From a virus (Duplodnaviria > Heunggongvirae > Uroviricota > Caudoviricetes): a DNA stretch of 44,417 nt. The stretch lies in IMG/VR virus record IMGVR_UViG_2606217118_000001; one strand, 5' to 3'. Of this stretch, positions 26,514-35,286 are shown in pieces. Below the pieces are notes generated by a model, which saw nothing but the letters and a program-made list of their open reading frames with translations, made no database searches and was not told the origin of the DNA. Position numbers and translations under genes: made by a program. Each line of letters opens with the position of its first letter. Position 1 is the stretch's first letter.

Positions 26514-26855
26514 AGCGTCTTTACCTTTTAGAAAGTGAGCCTGTCTCACAGAAAAGCCGCCCGAGAGAGGTCGCCACCTATAACGGCATTTCTCAGGCTC
26601 GCTTACTGAAAGGCTCTCGTTAATATGCGCGTGAGATGCGCTGTGAAATTCAGATATAAAAAGCCCCGCGAATGCGAGGCTAAATCCTGGTATTTGTAAT
26701 GAACTGGCTCTTATCTCAACGCAGCCCCTTACTGCGCGCCAGATGCTCAATATCAAGCATCAGCAATGAGATGTTTAATCTGGATTTACTCCAGAAGTGA
26801 TCACCACCCTGTCTACAGAGCCAGATGTGAAGGATGATGAGTAAAATTATCGCTA

Positions 26856-27323
26856 TCATCGAAGGCATTGCGTCCTAATGTATTCCTGAAGCGTTCTCAG
26901 TGCTGTTTGGTCGCGGATAATTCCGTCCCGGATATCGAGAACGTTTCGTCCAGCAACTGGAGAGAGTTCGACGGTGGCATCATTGCCCATGCCGGAGGCG
27001 CTGGAGGTTTCGGCTGAGGATGGCACAGGGCATTTTCCTTTGACGAGCACCCTGCCACCATTATCAAGCTTCCGCAGAAGAGCATCATTTTCAGCTTTCG
27101 CATCAGCTAACTCCTTCGTGTATTTTGCATCGAGCGCAGCAACATCACGCTGACGCATCTGCATGTCAGTAATTGCCGCGTTCGCCAGCTTCAGTTCTCT
27201 GACATTTTTGTCGCGCTGGGCTTTGTAGGTAATGGCGTTATCACGGTAATGATTAACAGCCCATGACAGGCAGACGATGATGCAGATAACCAGAGCGGAG
27301 ATAATCGCGGTTACTCTGCTCAT
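26856..27323 (-). CDS. Rz: Inner-membrane spanin Rz (i-spanin)
   Basis: Start [38 protein letters not shown] with GGGGGA SD; ATGA overlap with R stop; C-terminal half diverges from lambda Rz. Confidence 0.9.
   Translation of the reverse strand: MSRVTAIISALVICIIVCLSWAVNHYRDNAITYKAQRDKNVRELKLANAAITDMQMRQRDVAALDAKYTKELADAKAENDALLRKLDNGGRVLVKGKCPVPSSAETSSASGMGNDATVELSPVAGRNVLDIRDGIIRDQTALRTLQEYIRTQCLR
26897..27103 (-). CDS. Rz1: Outer-membrane lipoprotein spanin Rz1 (o-spanin), embedded in Rz in +1 frame
   Basis: 68 aa with lipobox LIMVAGCSS and Pro-rich [16 protein letters not shown]. Confidence 0.8.
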   Translation of the reverse strand: MRKLKMMLFCGSLIMVAGCSSKENALCHPQPKPPAPPAWAMMPPSNSLQLLDETFSISGTELSATKQH

Positions 27324-27817
27324 TGTTTCCCCCACAAACAGACTTCACGCTCAATCTCACGGCGAGTCATCAGTCCTTTCCATTGATTACCGCCAGCGTA
27401 TGTCCAGCGCCGTAGCTGATCACATGCGCCTTTGATATCACCCTGGTTTATTTTGCGAAGAAGCGTCGATGTTCTGAAATTGCCAGCACCCACGTTGTAG
27501 ACGAACGAGTAAAGAGCGCCGCGCGTTGTTTCCGGTATATCGACTTTGATGTACGGGTTAATTTGTCTGGCGACAGTGGCAAGGTCTTTATTCAGGAGGG
27601 CTTTGCACTCTGCTTCGGTATACGTTTTACCGGGAATGATGTCTTTTCCTGTATGCCCGTAACATACAGTCCATACACCAACTATGTCTTTGTAAGGATT
27701 ATGTCTCACACCTTCCAGACCATCGTTACCACTTGGGCCAGTGATTAACACAGATGCTATAGCAATAGCCCCGCCACCAATAGCAGCAGCAACAGCTTTT
27801 CGTAATGATGGAGGCAT
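27320..27817 (-). CDS. R: SAR endolysin (T4-lysozyme-like, phage 21 R / DLP12 RrrD-like)
   Basis: 165 aa; N-terminal Gly/Ala-rich SAR segment [20 protein letters not shown]; E...D...T catalytic spacing; ATGA overlap with S stop. Confidence 0.9.
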   Translation of the reverse strand: MPPSLRKAVAAAIGGGAIAIASVLITGPSGNDGLEGVRHNPYKDIVGVWTVCYGHTGKDIIPGKTYTEAECKALLNKDLATVARQINPYIKVDIPETTRGALYSFVYNVGAGNFRTSTLLRKINQGDIKGACDQLRRWTYAGGNQWKGLMTRREIEREVCLWGKQ

Positions 27818-28032
27818 TATCCACCTCTCGCAGCCTTGCGCTTATCTTCTTTAATCTTGAAATAAAGGTTTGTCAGGTACGTCAGCAGGCCAAATACCAG
27901 GCTACCCAGCACTCCAATTGCCGCCCACTGTGAGGGCGTGACTTTATCGAGCAGCTGTAAAAACCAGTACCCGGCACTACCTGCTGAGGTGCCATAGGCG
28001 ACACCCGTTGTTAACTTATCCATGGATTTCAT
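27817..28032 (-). CDS. S: Class II holin (pinholin, S21/EssD-like) with dual-start motif
   Basis: 71 aa [71 protein letters not shown]; two TMDs; Met1 and Met4. Confidence 0.9.
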
Positions 28033-28155
28033 AACCCCACCTCGCAGACAAAGCGGGTGTAAATTGAGGGAATACTACGAAACGTAACAGACTCGGAGTC
28101 AGTGAATAACTCAGGTATTGGGTTATCAGCTAATATCGAGACTCAAAAAATGGAA

Positions 28156-28190
28156 AAACCCGCTCGACGGCGGGTTTAAGCTGTGTGACG
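28156..28190 (-). terminator. Rho-independent terminator upstream of S (candidate tR' of short late leader transcript)
   Basis: Minus strand aaacccgc-cgtcga-gcgggttt perfect 8-bp stem followed by ttccatttttt. Confidence 0.6.
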
Positions 28191-28603
28191 AAGTAACCAC
28201 TCTTAACAGCATAACCAATTTTTTACGTACGTAAACCACTAAATGATATTTGCGAGAATGCTACCGAGTATTGAAAACACCACTACAAATACATAAGCAA
28301 ATCTCAACAAATAACCAACAAATAATTTCCAGCGTTATTTTTAGCTGGTTTAAATTGAATCTTCAAATTATAGAGCACTTATAAATAACAGCCATTAATA
28401 TAAATTGGCTAATAGATTTATTTTTATTCAGCCAAGAGCCATGAATAGGATTCGATAGAAAAAGTTCAGATAAAAATAGAGATCTACTTCACAAATCAAA
28501 TGAGAAACCAAAACTTACATCTTGAAATAATCACATTGATTAGATGAATATTTATCGCGCAGTGACATCATTTTTTAATAATAGTTCAAAAAAAGGGCTC
28601 ACG

Positions 28604-29686
28604 ATGAAAAAATTAACAGTGGCAATTTCTGCTGTAGCTGCATCAGTACTGATGGCGATGTCTGCTCAGGCAGCTGAAATTTATAATAAAGACAGTAACA
28701 AGCTGGATCTGTACGGGAAAGTTAATGCTAAGCACTACTTCTCCTCTAATGATGCAGATGATGGTGATACTACTTATGCCCGTCTTGGCTTCAAAGGTGA
28801 AACCCAAATCAACGATCAACTGACTGGTTTCGGTCAGTGGGAATATGAATTCAAAGGCAACCGCGCTGAATCTCAAGGTTCCTCCAAAGATAAAACCCGT
28901 CTTGCCTTCGCTGGCCTGAAATTCGGTGACTACGGCTCCATCGATTATGGCCGTAACTACGGTGTAGCATACGATATTGGTGCATGGACCGACGTTCTGC
29001 CAGAATTCGGTGGCGATACCTGGACCCAAACAGATGTATTCATGACTGGTCGCACCACAGGTGTTGCAACTTATCGTAACAATGACTTCTTTGGTCTGGT
29101 TGATGGTCTGAACTTTGCTGCTCAGTATCAGGGTAAAAATGACCGCACTGACGTAACTGAAGCTAATGGTGATGGTTTCGGTTTCTCCACTACTTATGAG
29201 TATGAAGGATTCGGTGTAGGTGCAACCTATGCTAAATCTGACCGCACTAATAATCAGGTTATCTACGGTAACAACAGCCTGAATGCATCTGGTCAAAATG
29301 CTGAAGTATGGGCAGCTGGTCTGAAATATGATGCGAACAACATCTATCTGGCTACCACCTATTCTGAAACCCAGAACATGACTGTTTTTGGTAATAACCA
29401 TATTGCCAACAAAGCACAAAACTTCGAAGTAGTTGCACAATATCAGTTCGACTTCGGTCTGCGTCCGTCCGTTGCTTACCTGCAATCTAAAGGAAAAGAC
29501 TTGGGTGCGTGGGGTGATCAGGACCTGGTTGAATATATTGATGTAGGTGCAACCTATTACTTCAACAAAAATATGTCCACTTTTGTTGATTACAAAATCA
29601 ACCTGATTGATAAGAGCGATTTCACGAAAGCATCTGGCGTTGCTACCGATGATATCGTTGCTGTAGGTATGGTTTACCAGTTCTAA
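28604..29686 (+). CDS. Outer membrane porin, OmpC/OmpF/PhoE family (phage-borne Lc/NmpC-like)
   Basis: Signal peptide [39 protein letters not shown]..., C-terminal ...VGMVYQF; AAGGG SD; longer upstream ORF extension rejected. Confidence 0.9.
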   Translation: MKKLTVAISAVAASVLMAMSAQAAEIYNKDSNKLDLYGKVNAKHYFSSNDADDGDTTYARLGFKGETQINDQLTGFGQWEYEFKGNRAESQGSSKDKTRLAFAGLKFGDYGSIDYGRNYGVAYDIGAWTDVLPEFGGDTWTQTDVFMTGRTTGVATYRNNDFFGLVDGLNFAAQYQGKNDRTDVTEANGDGFGFSTTYEYEGFGVGATYAKSDRTNNQVIYGNNSLNASGQNAEVWAAGLKYDANNIYLATTYSETQNMTVFGNNHIANKAQNFEVVAQYQFDFGLRPSVAYLQSKGKDLGAWGDQDLVEYIDVGATYYFNKNMSTFVDYKINLIDKSDFTKASGVATDDIVAVGMVYQF

Positions 29687-29711
29687 TTTGATTACTAAAA
29701 GATATGTTGCG

Positions 29712-29730
29712 GGAGGCTTTGCCTCCCCAA
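29712..29730 (+). other. Stem-loop (gggaggc-ttt-gcctccc) in porin 3' region
   Basis: Perfect 7-bp inverted repeat 26 nt after porin stop. Confidence 0.5.
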
Positions 29731-29821
29731 CATATAAGTGGCTCCCTCAAGCCACTTCCTTTAGGAGCACAACCTTGCTTCTAACTATATAAACCTTCTG
29801 TTATATATTACCCTTTATTTT

Positions 29822-29860
29822 TGGGGGCGTCTCAACGCCCCATTTTTAATAATTTTTAGT
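29822..29860 (+). terminator. Rho-independent terminator-like hairpin downstream of porin gene
   Basis: ggggcgtctcaacgcccc stem-loop followed by atttttaataattttt. Confidence 0.55.
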
Positions 29861-29874
29861 AAACAATTGGCATA

Positions 29875-30258
29875 TTAATTAGAGTTATTAACAACGATAT
29901 CCATCTCTAACCGGATATCTAATGCCATTAACATCCCTTCAATTATACCCTCAGCCTTCTGTAACCTTTTCCCGATATAACCATCAGAGCAGCAATGCTT
30001 ACCTGCCAGTGACATGAATGTCATACCGACTACATAATAATCTACTAATAAATCGTGCAAATCGCTGTTGTTCTTTTTCAGACGGGCCATGCACCCGCAA
30101 ATGATCATCGCGTCATCGTCACAACATTGCGGGCGAGATTTTACTTTTGAAGGAATTAATCCCTTAAAACCGGCGGCAATGGACGACCAGGTCACATCTT
30201 CATGATTATTAGCCGCCCACGCTCCCCAACGCTCAAGAACCATCTGAATATCACGCAT
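29875..30258 (-). CDS. Q: Late-gene antiterminator Q (DLP12 QuuD-like)
   Basis: Start at ATG giving [24 protein letters not shown]... (127 aa); track ORF begins at an upstream TTG. Confidence 0.85.
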   Translation of the reverse strand: MRDIQMVLERWGAWAANNHEDVTWSSIAAGFKGLIPSKVKSRPQCCDDDAMIICGCMARLKKNNSDLHDLLVDYYVVGMTFMSLAGKHCCSDGYIGKRLQKAEGIIEGMLMALDIRLEMDIVVNNSN

Positions 30259-30343
30259 CAACTTACTCCACAAAAATCAGACCAGAACGCTAATTACAAG
30301 CAAAAATCAACAAAACAGTATTAGTTGATTGTTATCTCTGACT

Positions 30344-30484
30344 TCATACTCCTGCTCCTGTCAGGGTTTTGGCGTAATTCTTCAGTATTCGGTAATCGGT
30401 CAAAACAGAACCGGGGAAACGATATAAGCGCAGACGCCCCCAGCGGTGGCGAAGACGCTCTGCCATATAAGACTCAAACATCAT
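30344..30484 (-). CDS. Small protein YlcG-like (46 aa)
   Basis: [46 protein letters not shown]; start ATGATG overlaps rusA stop. Confidence 0.55.
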   Translation of the reverse strand: MMFESYMAERLRHRWGRLRLYRFPGSVLTDYRILKNYAKTLTGAGV

Positions 30485-30843
30485 TCATCTCCCAGTTCGG
30501 TGATGGTCAGTTCCAGCCTCCCACCTTTGGTAACAGGCATCTTCACAACGCGGTAATCAACGACCTGAGCATCATCCAGCCAGAAACCTGCTTTGGTGAG
30601 TGCGTCAAAAGCGGCCTTTTGCAGATTATCCAGGTCACGGCGACGGCGATCCGGCATGTGGCACTCAATGCGGATTTTCACAGGCATAGCCAGGCCGATA
30701 TCCAGCATTGCGTTTTTAATGATTCGGGCGACGTTATCGCGGTATGCCTGCCCCTCTGCGCTGATGTGCGTGCGCCCGCGATTATGGCGGTAATAGCGAT
30801 TATTGCTCGGAGGCCAGGGTAATGTGATGCTGTAGGTATTCAC
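30481..30843 (-). CDS. rusA: Holliday junction resolvase RusA
   Basis: 120 aa ...[40 protein letters not shown]...; GTG start. Confidence 0.9.
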   Translation of the reverse strand: MNTYSITLPWPPSNNRYYRHNRGRTHISAEGQAYRDNVARIIKNAMLDIGLAMPVKIRIECHMPDRRRRDLDNLQKAAFDALTKAGFWLDDAQVVDYRVVKMPVTKGGRLELTITELGDE

Positions 30844-30968
30844 GCCTTAATAACCCCCTCTTTCAGCCAGATAACCTGTGTTCTCGCCATACCTTCCAGC
30901 GCGCATTCTTTTGCATATGCAGCATCGACTTGCTTGGCATGCCCTTTACCGGCAATCTTCTGTATGCG
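30840..30968 (-). pseudogene. C-terminal remnant of a YbcO-like gene, closed upstream by two in-frame TAG codons
   Basis: Frame reads [42 protein letters not shown] with stop overlapping rusA start (GTGA); no start codon; identity from memory. Confidence 0.35.
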
Positions 30969-31049
30969 CTAAACCTAGATAGAATCCACTCTGTGCACAT
31001 TGAAGCCCGCTCTATGCTTCCTTTCAGGTATTGAAGGGATTGAGATGGG

Positions 31050-31397
31050 CTAAGCATTATTGGCCTCCTGCATCAGGAGAAAGACAATCATGGCGGCGCG
31101 GAGGGGTCTGGTATCAAATATTGGGCTTACGCCTTTTGCATCCACACACCATTCAGTTAACTGGTCTAAGATAGAAATCCTGTATTTCTCAATAATCGGC
31201 CATGAAGCGCTCGGATCATTGCAGTAGTCAGGCAAATGATTTAATGGCTCAAAAGTTGTATCAGCATTTCCGTAATACCATTTGTTGGTGTTATTCCCTG
31301 ATGTTTCCGGTTTACTTGCCCAAAGGCCTTTAAAAATTATGTCTCCTACCATTCTGTTAATTTCAAAATCACTTAACTGTGAATAATCCATTGTCAT
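31050..31397 (-). CDS. NinX-like phage protein (unknown function)
   Basis: Start [43 protein letters not shown]...; ATGA overlap with ninE stop. Confidence 0.6.
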   Translation of the reverse strand: MTMDYSQLSDFEINRMVGDIIFKGLWASKPETSGNNTNKWYYGNADTTFEPLNHLPDYCNDPSASWPIIEKYRISILDQLTEWCVDAKGVSPIFDTRPLRAAMIVFLLMQEANNA

Positions 31398-31570
31398 TTC
31401 CTCGCACGATATCTTAGCCACCGGATATCCCACAGGTGAGCTGTGTAATTGAAGGTTTTTACGTCAGATTCTTTTGGGATTGGCTTGCGTTTATTTCTGG
31501 AGCGTTTCGTTGGAAGGTATTTGCAGTTTTCGCAGATGATGTCGGTGAAACTTCGTCGCTGTCGCCTCAT
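31394..31570 (-). CDS. ninE: NinE
   Basis: 58 aa [58 protein letters not shown]; ATGA overlap with upstream methyltransferase stop. Confidence 0.75.
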   Translation of the reverse strand: MRRQRRSFTDIICENCKYLPTKRSRNKRKPIPKESDVKTFNYTAHLWDIRWLRYRARK

Positions 31571-32094
31571 GCCGCCCTCCTGACGCCCTGCCCGATCGCC
31601 ATCAATGCCGCTTTGGATACGGTAGTAAACATCCGCCGAGGACTGATGAACGGTCGCCAAATCAGCAGCATGGAGCCTTTGCTGTTTCCCTTCTTCTCCA
31701 GCCCTGTCGATGGTTCGATAAAATTAATCCGTCCATCAGTGATAATGCGAACTTCGTCGACACTCTCCAGAGCCTTGCTGAACCATCCGACTGACATATC
31801 CTCTGGCACAAGCATAACTACCGTCTGTCGCTGTTGTATGCACTGCTCAGCGGCTTTTTCCACCCACGGCCTGATATTGCTGTACGGTGGGTTATTCCAG
31901 ATTGCACCGTGGCTTATCCACTCAGAATTTAGCGCGTCGTCGGCCTCAGTTAACCAGTGAGCGCACAGAGCATTTTTGTCGCTCGCTGCAGAATCCAGCC
32001 AGAATCCAAACTCAATATCCAGTGCATCAAAAAGCCAAAGCGGCGTTTGCCAGCAGTCCTTGTCGTGTGCTGGCGTATTTGATTTGATAGTCAT
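31567..32094 (-). CDS. Orphan DNA N6-adenine methyltransferase (phage Dam-like, NPPY motif)
   Basis: Start [41 protein letters not shown]...; catalytic NPPYS motif; ATGA overlap with ninB stop. Confidence 0.8.
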   Translation of the reverse strand: MTIKSNTPAHDKDCWQTPLWLFDALDIEFGFWLDSAASDKNALCAHWLTEADDALNSEWISHGAIWNNPPYSNIRPWVEKAAEQCIQQRQTVVMLVPEDMSVGWFSKALESVDEVRIITDGRINFIEPSTGLEKKGNSKGSMLLIWRPFISPRRMFTTVSKAALMAIGQGVRRAA

Positions 32095-32531
32095 GCAGCC
32101 CGATCTCCCCATCTCGCTTTCCACTCCAGAGCCAGTCTCGCTTCGTCTGACCACTTAACGCCACGCTCTGTACCGAATGCCTGTATAAGCTCTAATAGCT
32201 CCGCAAATTCGCCTACACGCATCCTGCTGGTTGACTGGCCTATTACCACAAAGCCATTCCCGGCAAGGTTAGGAACAACATCCTGCTGCTTTAATGCTGC
32301 GGTAAACACACACTTCCAGCTTTCTGCATCCAGCCAGCGACCATGCCATTCAACCTGACGAGAGACGTCACCTAAGCAGGCCCATAGCTTCCTGTTTTGG
32401 TCTAAGCTGCGGTTGCGTTCCTGAATGGTTACTACGATTGGTTTGGTTGGGTCTGGAAGGATTTGCTGTACTGCGTGAATAGCGTTTTGCTGATGTGCTG
32501 GAGATCGAATTTCAAAGGTTAGTTTTTTCAT
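32091..32531 (-). CDS. ninB: NinB recombination protein
   Basis: Start MKKLTFEIRSPAHQQNAIHAVQQILPDPTKPIVVTIQERNRSLDQNRKLWA...; 146 aa. Confidence 0.9.
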   Translation of the reverse strand: MKKLTFEIRSPAHQQNAIHAVQQILPDPTKPIVVTIQERNRSLDQNRKLWACLGDVSRQVEWHGRWLDAESWKCVFTAALKQQDVVPNLAGNGFVVIGQSTSRMRVGEFAELLELIQAFGTERGVKWSDEARLALEWKARWGDRAA

Positions 32532-32604
32532 GACTTCCCTCTCCCCCAAATAAAAAGGCCTGCGATTACCAGCAGGCCTGTTATTAGCTCAGTAATGTAG
32601 ATGG

Positions 32605-32895
32605 TCATCTTTTAACTCCATATACCGCCAATACCCGTTTCATCGCGGCACTCTGGCGACACTCCTTAAAAATCAGGTTCGTGCTCATCTTTCCTTCCCG
32701 TTCTTCCCTGGTAGCAAACCGGTAATACACCGTTCGCCAGACCTTACCTTCGATAACCAGAAGACCTGCCCGTGCCATTTTAGCCGCGGCCTGATTTATG
32801 CTGGTTACTGTTGCGCCTGTTAGCGCGGCAACGTCCGGCGCACAGAAGCTATTATGCGTCCCCAGGTAATGAATAATTGCCTCTTTGCCCGTCAT
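32605..32895 (-). CDS. ren: Ren protein
   Basis: 96 aa MTGKEAIIHYLGTHNSFCAPDVAALTGATVTSINQAAAKMARAGLL... Confidence 0.9.
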   Translation of the reverse strand: MTGKEAIIHYLGTHNSFCAPDVAALTGATVTSINQAAAKMARAGLLVIEGKVWRTVYYRFATREEREGKMSTNLIFKECRQSAAMKRVLAVYGVKR

Positions 32896-33593
32896 ACACT
32901 TGCTCCTTTCAGTCCGAACTTAGCTTTAATTTCTGCGATCTTCGCCAGAGCCTGTGCACGATTTAGAGGTCTACCGCCCATGACAGGAAGTTGTTTTACT
33001 GGTTCAGGGATCGCCTCACCACGGTTAATTCTCGCAGTCATATGGACAAGCTCATCTGCGGCCTTACGGCGTAATTCCGCATCAGTAAGCGCATTGGCCC
33101 GCATGTTCTGATACAGGTTGGTAACCAGCCAGTAGTGCGCGTTTGATTTCCACGGATAAGACTCCGCATCCGGATACAGGCCTCGCTTCCGGCAATACTC
33201 GTAAACCATATCAACCAGCTCGCTGACGTTTGGCAGTCCGGCGGTAACGGATGCTTCTTCCCGGCACCATGCAACAAACTGCCCGGGTGATGGCAGAAAT
33301 GGTCGATTCTGCCGACGGGCTACGCGCATTCCTGCGTTAACCTGTTCCATCGTGGTGATCCCGTTTTCCCGAAAAGCCAGAACCCACTGGCGACGGATTT
33401 CGTTCACTTCGTTCTGGTCACGGTTAGCCAGGCTCGCCGGGAAAGTTGCCAGTAACTGGCTGAACACACCGTTGATGATCTGCGCTACCTGCTGTACCTG
33501 CGGCTTTTCGTCGTACTGTTCCGGCATGTTGTTGGCGATCCGACGCATCTGCTCACGGTCAAAGTTAACCATCTGTGCGGCGATGTTTTTCAT
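32892..33593 (-). CDS. P: Replication protein P (helicase loader)
   Basis: 233 aa MKNIAAQMVNFDREQMRRIANNMPEQYDEKPQVQQVAQIINGVFSQ... Confidence 0.95.
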   Translation of the reverse strand: MKNIAAQMVNFDREQMRRIANNMPEQYDEKPQVQQVAQIINGVFSQLLATFPASLANRDQNEVNEIRRQWVLAFRENGITTMEQVNAGMRVARRQNRPFLPSPGQFVAWCREEASVTAGLPNVSELVDMVYEYCRKRGLYPDAESYPWKSNAHYWLVTNLYQNMRANALTDAELRRKAADELVHMTARINRGEAIPEPVKQLPVMGGRPLNRAQALAKIAEIKAKFGLKGASV

Positions 33594-34489
33594 AGATCCA
33601 CCCCGTAAATCCAGTCTGTGTTTGTCAGGTCGAGTTTTGGTTTGCTGGCTGTCACGCCTGCCTGTTGCTTGTTACGGTTGATTTCGAGTTGGGTCCACTT
33701 ATCGCGGAGTTTGGCCGGGCTCAGCACGTTACCGGACCAGAAGTTGTCCTGGCATGCCCAGCGGAACAGCACACACATGTCGCGGTGGTTACGTCCGTCA
33801 CGTTCACGCATCAGGCGGATATCGTTAGCCCACCCAGCAAAATTCGGTTTTCTGGCTGATGGTGCGATAGTCTTCACCATGTCAAACATCCACTCTGCGG
33901 CGGTCAGGTCTTCTGCTGTCCCCCACTTGCTGCCGCTCTGAATTGCAGCATCCGGTTTCACCACAGAAAGGTCGTTTTCTGGCTGGTCAGAGGATTCGCC
34001 AGAATTCTCGGACGAATAATCTTTTCTTTTTTCTTTTGTAATAGTGTCTTTTGTGTCCCCCTGTTTTGAGGGATAGCAATCCCCCAATTTGAGGGATGTT
34101 TTATCCCTCGTTTTAGGGGATTTTCCCTCGTTTTGAGGGATACACCATTCTGAGATGTTTTTATTTGGTCCAAACATGCCGCCTTGCTGCTTGATAATAT
34201 TCATTCTGACGAGTTCTAACTTGGCTTCATTGCACCGTTTGACAGGTAACTTTGTAATCTCGCTAAGTTGAGAATCGGTGATTCTGTCCATTGGTTTATT
34301 CCACCCATAGGTTTTACGCAGAATGGCAAGCAGCACTTTAAACTGTCGCTTGGTCAGATCTGCGCCCGAATAAGCCTCAAGCAGCATATTTGATAGTCTG
34401 GCGTAACCATCATCGAGATCTGCCACATTACGCTCCTGTCCGGCAAAGTTACCTCTGCCGAAGTTGAGTATTTTTGCTGTATTTGTCAT
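33590..34489 (-). CDS. O: Replication initiator protein O
   Basis: 299 aa MTNTAKILNFGRGNFAGQERNVADLDDGYARLSNMLLEAYSG...; contains ori. Confidence 0.95.
   Translation of the reverse strand: MTNTAKILNFGRGNFAGQERNVADLDDGYARLSNMLLEAYSGADLTKRQFKVLLAILRKTYGWNKPMDRITDSQLSEITKLPVKRCNEAKLELVRMNIIKQQGGMFGPNKNISEWCIPQNEGKSPKTRDKTSLKLGDCYPSKQGDTKDTITKEKRKDYSSENSGESSDQPENDLSVVKPDAAIQSGSKWGTAEDLTAAEWMFDMVKTIAPSARKPNFAGWANDIRLMRERDGRNHRDMCVLFRWACQDNFWSGNVLSPAKLRDKWTQLEINRNKQQAGVTASKPKLDLTNTDWIYGVDL
34058..34142. repeat. ori: Replication origin: four iterons (O-binding sites) with adjacent AT-rich segment (about 34011-34056)
   Basis: ccccctgttttgaggga / atcccccaatttgaggga / atccctcgttttagggga / ttccctcgttttgaggga, each an inverted repeat; T-rich run alongside. 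Confidence 0.9.
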
Positions 34490-34566
34490 AATGACTCCTG
34501 TTGATAGATCCAGTAATGACCTCAGAACTCCATCTGGATTTGTTCAGAACGCTCGGTTGCCGCCGG
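34490..34566 (+). ncRNA. oop: oop antisense RNA (overlaps 3' end of cII) with its terminator
   Basis: Plus-strand hairpin cgctcggttgccgccgggcg followed by TTTTTTATT at 34541-34568, as recalled for the lambda oop terminator; 5' end approximate. Confidence 0.55.
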
Positions 34567-34818
34567 GCGTTTTTTATTGGTGAGTCCATCAAGCGCATAC
34601 TTAAAAGCCCTGCTAATCGGACTGATGTCTGATGCCATTCCGAAAGCACACAAGACCGAAGCAATAAATCTCCAGTCCGTTCTGCTTATCTTCGATTCAT
34701 GACAGCCAATCATCTTTGCCAGACCGCGCTGGGTAATAGCTGACAGATTGATAAGTAAATCTGTTTCTGCGCGATCAACGTCACGCTGTGATAGTTTGCT
34801 GTAACTTGTTCTTTCCAT
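34522..34818 (-). CDS. cII: Transcriptional activator CII, chimeric (non-lambda N-terminal region, lambda-like C-terminus)
   Basis: 98 aa; C-terminus ...LTNKKRPAATERSEQIQMEF matches lambda CII, N-terminal ~75 aa do not. Confidence 0.8.
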   Translation of the reverse strand: MERTSYSKLSQRDVDRAETDLLINLSAITQRGLAKMIGCHESKISRTDWRFIASVLCAFGMASDISPISRAFKYALDGLTNKKRPAATERSEQIQMEF

Positions 34819-34899
34819 TTCTTAAGATTTCCAATAGTGAATAGTTAGTTGAAAGGTATGCGTGGAAACGCATATGGCCTTAGTTGGTCAGATATCTTG

Positions 34900-34950
34900 G
34901 AACTCGCTTTTCAGCGACGTAGGACGAATGTCCGTTGTTACAAAGAGCGG
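34900..34950 (-). promoter_or_regulatory. nutR-like site (boxA plus boxB hairpin)
   Basis: Minus strand CGCTCTTTGTAACAA (boxA-like) followed by tcgctgaaaagcga hairpin, immediately downstream of cro. Confidence 0.6.
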
Positions 34951-34959
34951 ATCCGCTTA

Positions 34960-35175
34960 TTAAGCGGCTTTGTGTTCCGGCGGGAACACGTCATCAAGAC
35001 TGACTTTTGCGCCTAACTTGTTTAGGCACGCAACAAGAGCACGGCATGTTTTAAGGTCTGGGAAGCGACGACCAGATTCCCAATGTCCGATAGCTCCCTG
35101 TGTGCATCCAACTGCCTTAGCAAGTGTTGTTTGAGAGATATTCAGTGACTCTCGATATTTTCGTAGGTTGCTCAT
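34960..35175 (-). CDS. cro: Cro-like repressor (HTH, XRE family), non-lambda
   Basis: 71 aa MSNLRKYRESLNISQTTLAKAVGCTQGAIGHWESGRRFPDLKTCRALVACLNKLGAKVSLDDVFPPEHKAA; GGAGGG SD; longer upstream ORF extension rejected. Confidence 0.8.
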   Translation of the reverse strand: MSNLRKYRESLNISQTTLAKAVGCTQGAIGHWESGRRFPDLKTCRALVACLNKLGAKVSLDDVFPPEHKAA

Positions 35176-35286
35176 ATGCCCTCCATAGTAAACACGAATA
35201 AAAAAATACAATATGTACTTTACGAATACAAGTAAAAATACACATTGTGCATGGATGGTTCCAGTACAAAGCGTAATAATAAGGAC
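35176..35286. promoter_or_regulatory. Divergent cro/cI control region (putative OR operators, PR and PRM)
   Basis: AT-rich with repeated TACAA/TTGTA-type inverted half-sites (tacaatatgta, tacacattgtg, tacaagta); between divergent cro and cI. Confidence 0.55.

Noticed and set aside
25989-26756. Long 255-aa version of the Rha ORF
   Set aside because: The upstream 81 codons have no Rha similarity and the internal Met at 26513 has a plausible RBS; the shorter gene is preferred, though the true start is not proven.
30863-31057. 64-aa minus-strand ORF between rusA and the NinX-like gene
   Set aside because: It is in a different frame from the YbcO-like remnant that gives the recognisable translation; likely a chance ORF across a degraded region.
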